Below, piece by piece: positions 1-12,019 of a stretch of 46,608 nucleotides of DNA. Under the pieces are notes generated by a model. That model was not told the origin of the DNA, searched no databases, and saw nothing but the letters and a program-made list of their open reading frames with translations. The DNA is from Atractiella rhizophila (taxonomy: Eukaryota): positions 19,096 to 65,703 of the forward strand of contig MU271441.1 of assembly GCA_021432655.1 (NCBI GenBank), written 5' to 3'. Position numbers and translations under genes: made by a program. Position 1 is the stretch's first letter. Each line of letters starts with the position of its first letter.

Positions 1-2996
1 ACGACGCACTTCCCACCCTACACGCCTTAGCTCCTCCACTGCACGATCCCGCTCCCATGACCGTTCGTATCCCTGCCTGGATGATCACATCTGTTTGCCA
101 CAGCCCTCGGGCACACGTCATGAAGCCATCATTCCAGAAAGGGTCATCGAGGGAAAGGGACTTGAGTTCGTCATAAGTTGACAATTTTTTCGGGAGTGCT
201 TCGTCAGGAAAGTCTTGTTGTACTTCGCAACATGCCGAAGGTAGGCATTGAAGGTTGTTTTGGCGGCAGGTGATGTTTGGATACAGAGGCAAGGATACGT
301 TCACGCTTCTTGTATCCTACAAGAATTAGTCTTGATAATGATTCCTGAGGTTGACAAACCTGTCAAATAACCCCCGCGTCGTTCTTTGGCAAGAGTGATC
401 GGACGCAGTTTCCTTAATACGAAGGTGACGCCGTTGCAATTCTAGTTTTGCATGCCGAATAAAGGAGAAGCTGTTTTCTCCTCTCTTCTGTTATTTAACA
501 CATTGCACGTAAGCATCCGGCCTAGAGAGCGAGAAGCACCTTACTTTCAGCAGGACGGAGGTCACGAAATGCACCTCCCAACTCCTGTGCGAGTAGTTCC
601 AATTCCGCACTATATTTGTCCATTGCGGCAAGCGCCTTTGCGGCTGTTTCTGGAAGGATCTGGCGTGTGGACTCAAGTGTTCTTCTACCCTGATGGATCA
701 GCAATGCGACAAAGACTGAAGGAGAGCATACATACGCAGTTTGTTCTAGTCGATACTGCAGGCCAAAGAATGCACCTAGTTTCTCCTCTTCCTCCTTTTG
801 TCGAGTTTTTTTGGACTCTTGACCAAGGTCTCTCTTCTCCTGTCTCCATTGTTCGTAGAAAAACGCTTCAGTGTATTTTGACCCTGGGTGGTGAATGTTG
901 TCGATGGATTTGAGAAAGTCGAGTCGCTTGGACGCCTGCCGCAAAGAGGTTGTAGCATTAGCATACTTTCGACGAAGGGTTACAGCTATAGACGCACCTG
1001 TGAGCGTGCTGAATATAATTGGAACAAGTGGACGACATACCGAGGCCCACAAGTCCTTCTTCAACAATGTGCTGAGCTCGAAACTCAATGGTGAGGAGGC
1101 GGTTGTTACGCGTCATGTAACGGCATCCTCCAATGATGGAGGACATCTTGCTCCATGTCCGCTCCGTTCCTTCGCCCTCTGACTGGCCAAATCCAGTGGA
1201 GTACTTGGAGTTGTAATTGATCTGGCAGTCCCAACCATGAGCATAGCCATGAAAGGTCGGAAGACGGGCTTGAATTCGCTCTCGGATGTCAGTGGGGAGG
1301 AGGTTACGCTGACAATACATTCTCAATGACATTCCACGATTGAGGTACTACGCACTTTGTCCACATGCTTTTCGAAATTGCAGGCGATATCATATTGGGC
1401 TCCAAATCGTCGGTCCACGAAAGCTTGAGCAAGGTATTTAACAACCACGACGGAATAGCAAAGTCTGAAGACAGTCAATAAGGTACAAATTCATATGCAA
1501 GACTCTGTACTTCTCTCCCGATTTGAAGATGTTTGCAAAGATCAATGGTTGATCATGGCGGCAAACAGCAGCAAAGAGCCCCGTGTCATCTGAGTTCCTA
1601 AAGCTTGACTGGCTCCGTTTGTCGTCTGCAGCTTTGAAAGACTCCGTGCAAGCGTCCTGGTGACATCTAATACTTCAGTCTTGATATAGCGGAAGTACAT
1701 ACCTTGTCATGGGACTTATACTTGCTAGTAGCTGTTTCATTCGTTTCTCTTGCGTCATCAATGGCCTCCTGAGGGATGAATGATGGAGGATGGCGAAGAG
1801 GAATGGCATTGATGGTGCTATTTGCTTGATGCCGCTGAACGAAGTTGCCATCCATACTGAAGATGTTGTCCGGCACTTTGTCTTCTTTTCGCTCGTTCTC
1901 CATTGGTCCGAAGCAGGGGGGGCAGATCATCGCGAGCCGATCAGAGTTGCGATGATTCAATGTCTCTTCAAGCAGTTGTTGCACTCCTAGGAGGATGCAC
2001 CGGAACACAGAGACCGTCTTCCCAAATGGAATGCGAAACGACCGTGCCTGGTCCCAAAGTGAACACTTAGCACATAACCCTAACATGGAGCAGGAACATA
2101 TGAAGGCGCTTGGGCGAACGGTGTGGAAGACGAGCAAGGGATGGCGGACATACTTGATCAGTCCCGCGTCCTTTCAAAGCAGTCGATTTGCCAGGTAGCA
2201 GATGAAGATATTTCTGCCATCCCTCAATCCAGCTTTGGATTGAAATTCCGGAAGGCGCCCACATAGAATGATGAAAGCGAAGGAAGCGGATAGAGAAGGC
2301 GGTTCGAGGGGAGTGGGGAGAGGCGGGGAGATATCCCATGCAGAGAAGTCGGACTGGCTCTGGAGTACATCTGCAGAAAGACACTGTCGCACGGCGTTCA
2401 CCTTCCCACCAACCCCATGACCTCGTGTTCAACGTAAGGAGAGGCAGCATACCTAGGATATCCAGCAAATCTACTTCTTTCTCACTCCTATCGCCCTGCT
2501 CACAGCGACAAAGAAAGACCTCCCCAACCCGGTCCTTGAAAGCTTCCTCGCCATCCGCCCAACCTCCACTCCAACCTTCTAGCAATAAATAATGTGCCAC
2601 CATCTCTGGCATCAGTTCAGTCCAGCGTCTATCCTCTTCGACAAGCTTGCTGACATAACGTTCTGATCGATAGCTCTTGCGAAGGAATTGTCGAGCGCGA
2701 TCCAAACTGGACTGGCTTGGGTCGGAGTGGGTGTCACCGTCCTCCCATTTCCAATCAAATGGTTGTGCACCTTCTGAAATATTCGTGAGAGGGATGGCTG
2801 AGGAGTTTGGTGATGGAGGGGAGGAAGGAGAGGAATGCGAGAAGTCGATGGCATCCATAATCACGTCCTGGGTTCGAGATTTGGCGAGAAATACGTCTGC
2901 TCTTCTGCCTGACAGACGACCTGAGCTGGTGAACAACGTTGTCTTTCCATTATCCTTGAGCGGTCTGACACGCCGGCCGTCTCGCGAACGCTTCAT
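1..2996 (-). CDS. CxC1-type Kyakuja-Dileera-Zisupton (KDZ) transposase, multi-exon, runs off the left edge; 3' part has apparent 1-bp frameshifts
   Basis: ATG at 2996. CxC1-like cluster (CRC...FCRC...LLCMGYLPASPHSPRTAFS), then CPPCFG...SMDGNF, TGLFAAVCRHD, YDIACNF, FHGYAHGWDCQ, GFGQSEGEGTERTWS and C-terminal DDPFWNDG...RAVEELRR. Pieces are joined by short GT..AG introns (e.g. ~2451-2403, ~1701-1656, ~1354-1308). Confidence 0.9.
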
Positions 2997-3978
2997 GGGA
3001 GCGAGGTTGTCGAGGCTATGGAGGGTGGATTGGGGATGGGCTGGTCGGTTGGGTTTAGACGCTCAAGGTGGTTCACGAACGTACGCGTCTTAAAGCTTGA
3101 AGGAGGGAGGATGGGAGCAGAAGTTGTTATGATGTGGTCAGAGTTGTCATTTTCCCGACCGCACTGCCAACTCACAAGTTGTGAATCGTTTTGAGAATTG
3201 GCTGGCGTGCTGGTCTCAAAGACCGTGAATCTGGTCTTCATTTCTCGGTCTCGTTGTCCTCTAGAACAGCCGACTGGGGTGCCACGAACTGACACTTTTC
3301 GTTTTTTTCCGCAAAAAAATCAGTGCACCGTATCTAGTCCTCTTCGCACTGTTGGGAGCGACGTCCCTCGAGTTCGGTAAGATATATAATTCATCCGCAC
3401 ATCCTTTCATGTCCGAGGGATCACACACACATCGATTTTGATCTCGATTCTACTTTCATTAATCCGACCACATCGCAGGGAACTTTACTCTGGCCTTATC
3501 CAACTAACAATTCCCTTCCGGTCCCTGAGCACAGAAGCAGGCACTTCCTAAAACAAAATTGGACTGCTAAACTGATGCATGGCTCCGAGACTTCAACTGT
3601 CGTATGGCTTCCCTCATTTCTTGTGGATACATGACTCTGAACTATGGCAGAAGCACGGTGTGTGTGGGCGTAACTGTTCCGGAAAAATGACCGATTGAGA
3701 TATCTAGAAGTGCAGGGAAAAGAAAATTCGATGTGATAAAGTATATTGATTTTGCATCAAATGGATAGTGACTAATCCTTGTAAAGAAAATCCCCTGCGC
3801 GCCATGCTTGAGGTAGGTGCTCATCTTGAATCGTCCTTAGAGCTAAATAGAGGCTCAGTAGAGGAAAAGAAAGCGAATGCAGCCGTGAACCCGGTCAAGC
3901 GCAAAAACGCTCTGTGCGTGCGCCGTGCAGCTGGGCTTTTGAATTAATAGGGACACAGTCAACACCACCTGCCAGTAC

Positions 3979-4801
3979 AATGAACAACAGTCAGCCAACA
4001 CCACCTGCTGGTAGAATCAGCGATCAGTCCACATCATCTGCGGCAACTATTGGCAGCTTGCAAATTCGTAAGCGACATGCCGTTAAGTACTCATCTTGAT
4101 TGGTTCCCCAGCTTGCAATGCCGCAAAGGAAGGGCCTTTCTCCGCCTTGCAGCAAATGTTTGACGCTTTCCAGCGTAGGCTCGACTCGTTTGAAGTGGGT
4201 AAGACTAGGCACTGAGTTCTGTATATTCCTGACCACCTATGTAGAGATGGGCTTACTGCAGGAGGAGAACGAAGAATTGCGAAGTGGTAAGAATAGACAC
4301 TTATTTCTGTAGTATTCTTGACCATCCGTGCAGACATGCGCTCTCTACAGAGGGAGAGCGAAGAATTGCGAAGTGGTACGACTGGTCACTCCTTGTGGTA
4401 ATACTTGTGACTACCTACACAGGCATGAGCTCCCTCCAGATGGAGAACGAACGATGCGAAGAGAGCGGTGGAGCCTGCAGATGCAGACATCTGACATCTC
4501 TGTCGCCAACCGATCTAACCACCATTCCATTTCCTCCAGCAACTCCACTTCCTTGTCCAGTGTTGTGGGGGATGAGGTCGGTTACCGGATCCAACGCTTC
4601 ACAGCTGCACCATTTGTGTTACAAGAACCCAGCCAGATTCCTCATTCGACTGAAGCAAGGTTGAGCCCACATCAGTTCCAAGACGAGAGCCAAACTATGG
4701 GTGACGTGAGATCTTCTGGTCTCGAGCAGTTCGGCTCATTGATCGCCCCAGATCCCGAGAAGACCACACCTCCACGGCGTTGGCGGGTACAACAAATGTG
4801 A
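3979..4801 (+). CDS. hypothetical multi-exon protein with a possible CCCH-like motif
   Basis: ATG 3979 (MNNSQPTPP), short candidate introns, and ORF 4328-4801 containing C-x8-C-x3-C-x3-H (CEVVRLVTPCGNTCDYLH) followed by a Ser/Pro-rich tail. Confidence 0.35.
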
Positions 4802-5509
4802 AGGGCGTCTTCCTCTACATACGGCGGATACGAAAGTGGGAACATTACACGCATCCGAGTCACCGGCCTCTCTCCAAACAGGCTTCAACCCACCAAGTTC
4901 CACCAGCACCTCTGCTAGTTTGTCAACACTCACAAAGGTGGAGAAAGGTTCCGAATACACGTGCAGAGACTGACGGTATGTTTGAAAGTGTTTGTTAGCA
5001 AAGGTGCAAATTAGTGAGAATATATTTTATCGATTTCATAAGGAGCCAGATTGTGGGGTCATCGTCCCACCGAGAAACTGGTGTGGTGAGGGAAGTGAAT
5101 GTGTTGAGTAAACTGTTCGGCCGTCTGGTCACCTACCTCATTCTAACATCCTAACTCCTTGACGGCACCGAATTCAATTTAGCATTGACAAAGTGAGTAT
5201 CCTGTAGGGGCACAAACAAGACGGTAGATCACTCCTTGGAAGTTTGGAGGGTGGGTTGAGTGCTAAGGAAGGGACAGAGTAGTGTATCTAGTGCCTAGGA
5301 AGAGTTGAATGTTTGTGGTTCATGACAACTGTAATGGTTGCTAGAAATGCGAACTAGAGACAACATCAGCAATCAGCAACAGAATTAAAGGAGGGGATGC
5401 GCAAATCAGCGTAGAAAATAGAAATTTTTGTTGTTCGAGTCACACTTGCAAGAACAACCAACAACGCGATGGGGAATGCTACAATGGTTTTTTTTGCCGT
5501 CTGCCATGT

Positions 5510-7584
5510 TTAGCTCGAAACCTTGAGATTGTCATTGAGGTAGAAGGAGGCTGAATGCATATTTACAGGTACAGATAGTGCTACAATAGGTGAAAAGCAC
5601 TTGAATAATGCAACCCATAAATGAGTAAGAGTCTTAAATTGAATCTGGAAGATACATTTCCTCATTCTAATCCTTATCTCCTTCAACCGGAGAGTCATCA
5701 GCATTCAGTTCCAGAGCTGTATCAGTGATTGTATCAGAGTGGTGGCGAAAGAAGAATCCACATAAATGTTCTCCCTCGCCGTCTTCAGCTTGGAAGATCC
5801 CAATCAAATGGTGGATCTGGTCCAGAGGTATAAGCCGATACTTGTTGCTCCACTCGCAGAGTGTCTCGCTCTGGAAGAGGTTTGTTCGTTTGCTGAAATG
5901 CTGAGATAGACGGCCATGAAGGTGAAGAGACAGAGCTACGAGAAGGTATCGAGGAAAATTGATGGAACTGAGGGGCAGACTTCCCATGAGTAGGATGTCA
6001 CCTGGATAGAGAACATCAACAATGTTTAGCTGTTCTTGAAAAAAGCTCTTGGTTAAGGAGATTCTCTTGATACTTGTTGTCCTGGCTGATACACTTTTTC
6101 AGATAAACAATCATTCCCTCTATTGGAAATTGTGAGTAGAGAATTCCTGGCTCCCCCCAGAGAATCCAATTGGCAACATGTAAGAGATAGTGAATGCACA
6201 TGGGCATTTAAACAAGTTGAGGACGATCCCCATGTACAAATACCTTCTTCCAGCCTGTAACAAATCTGGTGAAGTATTCTTGAATTCTAAGATGCTTCTC
6301 TTCAGTAATCTGATGCTGCCATGCAAGGCGGCAGCTAAAGACAAAAGAGTTGATTATGTTTAGGGCGTTGAGAGGAAATCCTAGGAGGAAGAGGCTGGAA
6401 TAAGCAGCCAGTCGTATATATCCCGCATCTTGTACTGAGTGTTTTGAAATCGATGTGTGTTTCGAATAGCAGCCTGAGAGAAGGTGTAAGGAATATTGAT
6501 TTTGGAGCGTTCAATCATGTTCTCAAATTCCTCACAAATCTGCTATGTCAGATGCCGTGGTTCAGGAAGAGATTCCTGCTTGTTGATCCCATGGTAGAAT
6601 CAAAAATGAGTTCAGCACCATTCTTCCAGAGGAGATGAGCGAGATCTCCAGCAAAAAAGGTCCAAGGATCCCGAAAGGTAGAGAGACCAGATATTGGAGT
6701 GATGGAAATGACGCCACTGTCACAAGCTGTCTCTTAATGAGCTCTTTGGGTCATTGCAAGGGCAAGGTCCTTAGCTATTTGTGTGTACTCTGTTGTTGTA
6801 CAGATTGGAAGATTGAGAGGATCATAGAGGACAGTATGATAATCAGGTAGTGTGCAATCATCCTGGAGAAGTGATACACATGGATAATAGTAGTGTTGGT
6901 CAAGAAGCTGACCTATAAGCTTGCAAAAGAGACAGTCACACTTGCCTTGATGACCGGTGCAGACATTAGCCTTTGCAGAGCCAAGCATACTATCTGTGTT
7001 TCTTTCAATGTGGGGTTTAGGAAGCAGTATGAGACACTTACCCAGCTTGTTGATCAGCCATCCTTTCTAAAGGAACCACCTTCGATACCCAGCATCCCAC
7101 AATTTTGTCATAGTTTTATAGAAGAGAATGAGAAATTGGATGTCAACGAGATTGTTTGGACCAGGAACACCTAACCTGAAAAATATATGACGCTGTTTCG
7201 CTTGTATGCCTGTGTCGAAGCCCAGAAACGAGAGGACGACAAACCACATGTTGGGGTTGCAGGTGGCATGGATGGCTGTGCCATCTGTTGCAGCCATCTG
7301 TTGAAGCAACGATTCTCGTTCATCTTCCTATCTTTTACAAGAGCTTGGATTGCTGTGCCATGGTGGAAGTCATTGTAAGTATATCCATGGGACAGTTTGT
7401 CTAATAAATGCTCCGTCTTTGAAAGGAAGCTAGAGGAGACACTAGCAAAGGAGCTCATCATCTCATCAGTCTGTGGAGCCTGGAACATTGCCTTAATTTG
7501 ATGGAGTCGATTGCAGAATAGAAAATGCTTTTCACTCTTCTTTTTATGTTCTCTATGAATCGCCTGATATTGCTGATTGGCCAA
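5510..7584 (-). pseudogene. degenerate CACTA/EnSpm-like (tnp2-family) transposase
   Basis: Colinear fragments broken by stops and frameshifts: YNDFHHG, ATDG, VPGPNNLVDIQFL..L...GYRRW, GHQGKCDCLFCKLIG..HYYYP, IHYLLHVANWILWGEPG..YSQFPIEGMI.YLK. Confidence 0.72.
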
Positions 7585-8869
7585 AGGAAAGAGAAAAGCG
7601 AGGTTAGTACAATGGCACCGTTAACTTTATGCCAATGTGGACATCTGAGTCTTTCTTTAGCACATTTTTTGCTATTTAAAAATAACGCTACCTATCCAAT
7701 TTCTCATACTTGTCAAGATAGGAGCTGCAAGAGGCTCCACATATTGATAACCACTCTCTGGATAAGACCAGAACTTAGTTTTCTGGGCTTTTAGGTTGGG
7801 ACAAAGTCGAAAACTGAAGATAACTCGTCTGCCAGCAGCGTGATTCCATTCCTTGCTAATTGTATATGCAAAATTTTAAACATAGACAATGTATACTCTT
7901 AAAAAAAGAAAGGGAAATGGACTTTGAAGCTGAGATATGAGCAAAAGACCACCGAAATCACACTTTTTCATATAGTATTCAGCTCATACTAGGCCAAATG
8001 TACTTAAAATTTTTATATACAAACAGCTCGAGCATCTGTTCATTTGTTACACTCATTCCTAAGCCTTTCTGTGTTAGTTGTAGTGTGTTGTTTTGGTCAT
8101 CTGCCTCTTATGACTCTATGAGTCATCACTATGTAGTTTAGTTCTGCCTAGGAGTGTTGGTGCTCATTATTAACCACAAACTACTGCTAGGTATGTCTCT
8201 CTATACTTCGCTAATGTCTCAATTATTGACCACCAACTACTCCTAGCCTTAGATCTTTACATAGTAGCGAGAGCTGGTGGCTAGAATTACACTTTGCTGC
8301 CCCATCACCTTCCCCCTCCTCCAGACTGCATTTTCACCCCTCCTGCACTCAAATTTCACTTAATTTCAATGATCAAGACAGATCTGTGATTGTCAGACCT
8401 TCCTTTACCACCTCAGAAGGTGTCTGCTTACTCAGGAATCAAGAAATATCGAAATCTATCACCTTACCACACACTTCCTGCCTCAAAAACACACTTTGCC
8501 ACCCTGGACTCAAACTTCGACGAATTTCGACTTTATAGGGCTTATTTTGATCGCGAAACACTATGCTACAACTTTACTAGGAACCATCTTGGTCACAACA
8601 AGCAAAAATTTCGAGATAGCCACTCCGTCACCTCCTTCATGACCCCAAAGCACATTTTTCGACTTTTTGAAGTCAAATCTGGTCTGATCTAGACAATTTT
8701 ATTGCCATTGGATTCACAATAGGCTACTCTACACTATTCTACTATCCTACAACAGATCACCTTGATCAGAAGAGTCAAAATTTCGAAATTTGCCACCATC
8801 ACATCATCATCACATCAGCCCCTACCTCCTTTCTCCATCACATCAGTGGATCTTAGAACTCAACCACAG

Positions 8870-9185
8870 GCACTAGGAGGATGTTTGGGATGGAAATGAC
8901 TCTTAATGGGTTGGAATTTGCTGGACTGAACAGTCTTACTGCCACTGTGGACTACAAGAATGGAAGCATGGCTGGCATACTTGATGGGACACACTTCCTA
9001 CTCCAGAACTTGCTGGAAATGCTTCTACACTGCCCATGGATGCTTCTCTGTGGCACAGAAGACTTGGACATCTTAATTATGAGGACATCAAGCCTCTAAA
9101 GAGGAAGGAGCTTGAATGGGATGACTTTGGACTTGGAGGATAATCCAGACCCTGTTTGCGAGCTATGTCTGATACAAAGCAAGTA
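8870..9185 (+). mobile_element. Ty1/Copia relic (GAG-pre-integrase / integrase zinc finger)
   Basis: DASLWHRRLGHLNYEDIK from ~9039, then after a frameshift NGMTLDLEDNPDPVCELCL (HHCC pattern). Confidence 0.8.
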
Positions 9186-9599
9186 GATAGAGTATTAAAA
9201 AGATTTGTATAAATTTTTTGCAAATAAACCCTTTGAAATAGACTTTAGAGAACATTTAAAAAAATTTGGATGAGTAAGGATAAATTTTCTTCATAGGATG
9301 GTTATTGGGAAAGTATTAACTTTCTGAAAAATATTAACCTTCTTTTCCAACCTGAGGAGGCTGGGTACCAGTTGGTAAGCGCCTGGTATCTGGGATTTTT
9401 AACTTTTTCTAATTTTTGTTTTAAAAAAATGTTAATTAAGGAAGGGAGGAAGATAGACAACCTAAAAGAGCTGAAATTAAATAATTTGGTAGACTAAGAT
9501 AGTCAATTATGCAATGGCGCATTATATAATGGAGTAAGCAAATTTGATCTTTTTCAAAGGAATTGTCATGGGATAGGAGAAGTGTATAGATAAATTTCA

Positions 9600-10010
9600 G
9601 AGAGACAAGTCATTGATTGTCTTCATCGGTTAGCCTAGCTAATATGTTCAATAATCATGAGAGACAAAGCAAGGATATTGAGGTTTGTCCCTTCCCATCC
9701 CACCTTCCAATATGGGATATGAGAAGGGAACTTCTTAGAAATTAGAGGCAACGCTGAGTAGATGATATCTTTCTCCACACAGTAGCAACAGAGGCTGAAA
9801 GGAGAAACTCATTAATGAATTGTTGATGTTTCCTATGCCATCTCTTCATTAACCAGAAATCTTAATTACTTACTCTTAATGGGTTGATGGGCTTAGTTTT
9901 ATGGCACATGCATGGATCATAGATATTGCAATTATATTTGTCCACCTGGCAACCCAAATATCAGCAGCACTGAGAACTAGCTAAGCCTAAATTTGAACTG
10001 AATTGCAACT
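9600..10010. repeat. dispersed repeat, longer copy (partner at 16440-16666)
   Basis: Shares ATTGAGGTTTGTCCCTTCC and ATATTTGT..A.CTGGCAA.CCAAATATCAGCAGCA.TGAGAACTAGCTAAG.CTA.ATT.GAACTGAATTGCAACT with the 16.5 kb copy, same orientation. Confidence 0.85.
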
Positions 10011-11519
10011 ATAGTGTCATTTATATGACGACTCACTTTCAAATTACGAATGACATATATAAACTTAAAATTGTCACTCACTAGCCTCACCTCCATTATA
10101 CACAATCCGTCATATTTGCTTAATTTGAGGGCAAAAGTGTTGTAAAAGTATTATACGGATCGATAGAAACTAAACAGGTACAGTTTATAGCATTGTGAGT
10201 AACAGTATATTATATACCATATGATCATCATACTGTCCTGGTGTACGTGCTGGATTGAGCTGTCAATGAATCAACCACCATAGATTTCTACTAAACAACT
10301 CTTTTCATGTAAAGCTGGAGTTTGGTTTCTCTCACTTAAATCACCCAATGGATCCACGAGCATCTGGCTGTGTTTTTGCGCAATGTAAAATGCTAATTGC
10401 TCGAGATAATCAACAAAATACGAAAATCGTGATAATATTTACTAGCCCGTGCAAAAATCATTATAAAGCCCTCACTTTGCATATGTCGGATGGGCTTTTG
10501 TTATTAAACTGAAATCCAAACTGTGGAACACATCATTGGAAACCAACAAATTTATTGTTTATATTATCATACCATAAATTCTTACCTGACTACCCTTGTA
10601 TCAGAAACAATATACCTAACCAGATTGAATATAAGATCTTTGTTGGAAAATGAGAGGAGTGTTGAAATGCTGAATTCAGATCAATTTATATACACAAAAG
10701 GAAAACAGAAACAGAAACATCTTTGCCTACACTTTTCCATACTCTAAGATGTCGACAGAATAGATAACATAATGCTATGAACTCCAAAGATAAACTTGTT
10801 TGTAGTGGTTAAGTTCTGTATCAACAACAATGCTTAAGCTTTATAGAAGTATAGAAAGAAGAAAACTTATCCATTGTATGATATTCTTCCTCTTGCACGC
10901 AAAGGAGTCTTCCTCTCTCTTCCTTGGACTCTCTCCTATGAGATGTGAGATGGGGAAAACCATGTGCAGTAGATACAAGTGACGCATTCATCTCTCCTTT
11001 CTTTTCTATTTGCATGGAATGCTGTTTGTTTTGTATATGGCTCTACCCATGCTCCATAAGGAGGACACCTTTGCAGGACATCTATTCGGCTGTGTCGGTG
11101 AGCATCTGTAAAACAAAAATGTTGGCACATCAAACTTGAGCAAAATGATACTGAATGAAGGCTCAAATGTCTGAGCCAGATCTTCCAATATACTAATCTA
11201 AAAGCTCACCTTGGACCAAAGGTTAATAACACCGAGTTGACCAATCAGAGCATGGCAATAAATTGTTATTTGTAACTGGAATCATGTCAAATTCACTGCA
11301 TAAAAAAGTAGTCTTTTTTGTTCCAACAACATGCAAGTTATCCAGTTCGTTCCTTGTTTTTTTGTGGTGCTTGTTGGACGAATCTACAATGTCCACTGTA
11401 ATGTCCAATCTCACAACGATGTAGGGGCAGCATATCCCATCCTGCTTGCCACCAAAATAATTGTGACTACATCTATTTTGGCTTTGATTGTGGGCTTGGT
11501 GATATCCTGAATGTCAACC

Positions 11520-12019
11520 AGTATGGTACTCGTGGATACTTGTGCCACAGGTACCCGTGCACAACAAGTTACAAATCAGCTACAGAGGGTTAATTTTCAT
11601 CAGGGGTACCCGTTCGTGTTCCCTACTAAGTACCTAAGAGTACTTGTGAGCATATGTCCTGAAATGGCAGGTATCCGTGAGGTACTCGTTTGAAAGAGAG
11701 TTAAAGAGAGTTTTATATCAATTTTTGATCTTTTTCACATTCACAATGGCTCTATCTGGCTCTGAGATACAAGTAATAGTGGTGTTTAAGCCATAAGTAA
11801 TGTATAAAACGTCATCTGTGTAAACTAATGTGCCTAAACTGTAAAATTATGTTGACGAGTAGAGTCTAAGTTAATACAAGGGTACCCGTGAGTAGTACTC
11901 ATGAGTACAAGGGTACCTGTGTCAAAGGTTCACAACAAGCCCCAAATCAGGCTCTAAGCTGATCGATACTCGTGAATAAGGGTACCCGTACTCACGAGTA
12001 CTACTCGTTGGCATCTCTA
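11520..12019. mobile_element. hAT-like transposon end with GGGTACCCGT/GTACTCG subterminal repeats
   Basis: Many GG(G)TACCCGT and GTACTCG(T) motifs ending in GGCATCTCTA at 12010-12019 (TAGAGATGCC on the minus strand, a hAT-type TIR start). No partner TIR seen. Confidence 0.65.

Noticed and set aside
452..3093. Plus-strand ORFs over the KDZ gene
   Set aside because: Antisense shadows of the minus-strand transposase exons, with no recognisable motifs.
10800..11500. Possible TET/JBP dioxygenase relic near the KDZ element
   Set aside because: No HxD...H...R pattern found in the frames I could read; sequence too decayed to call.
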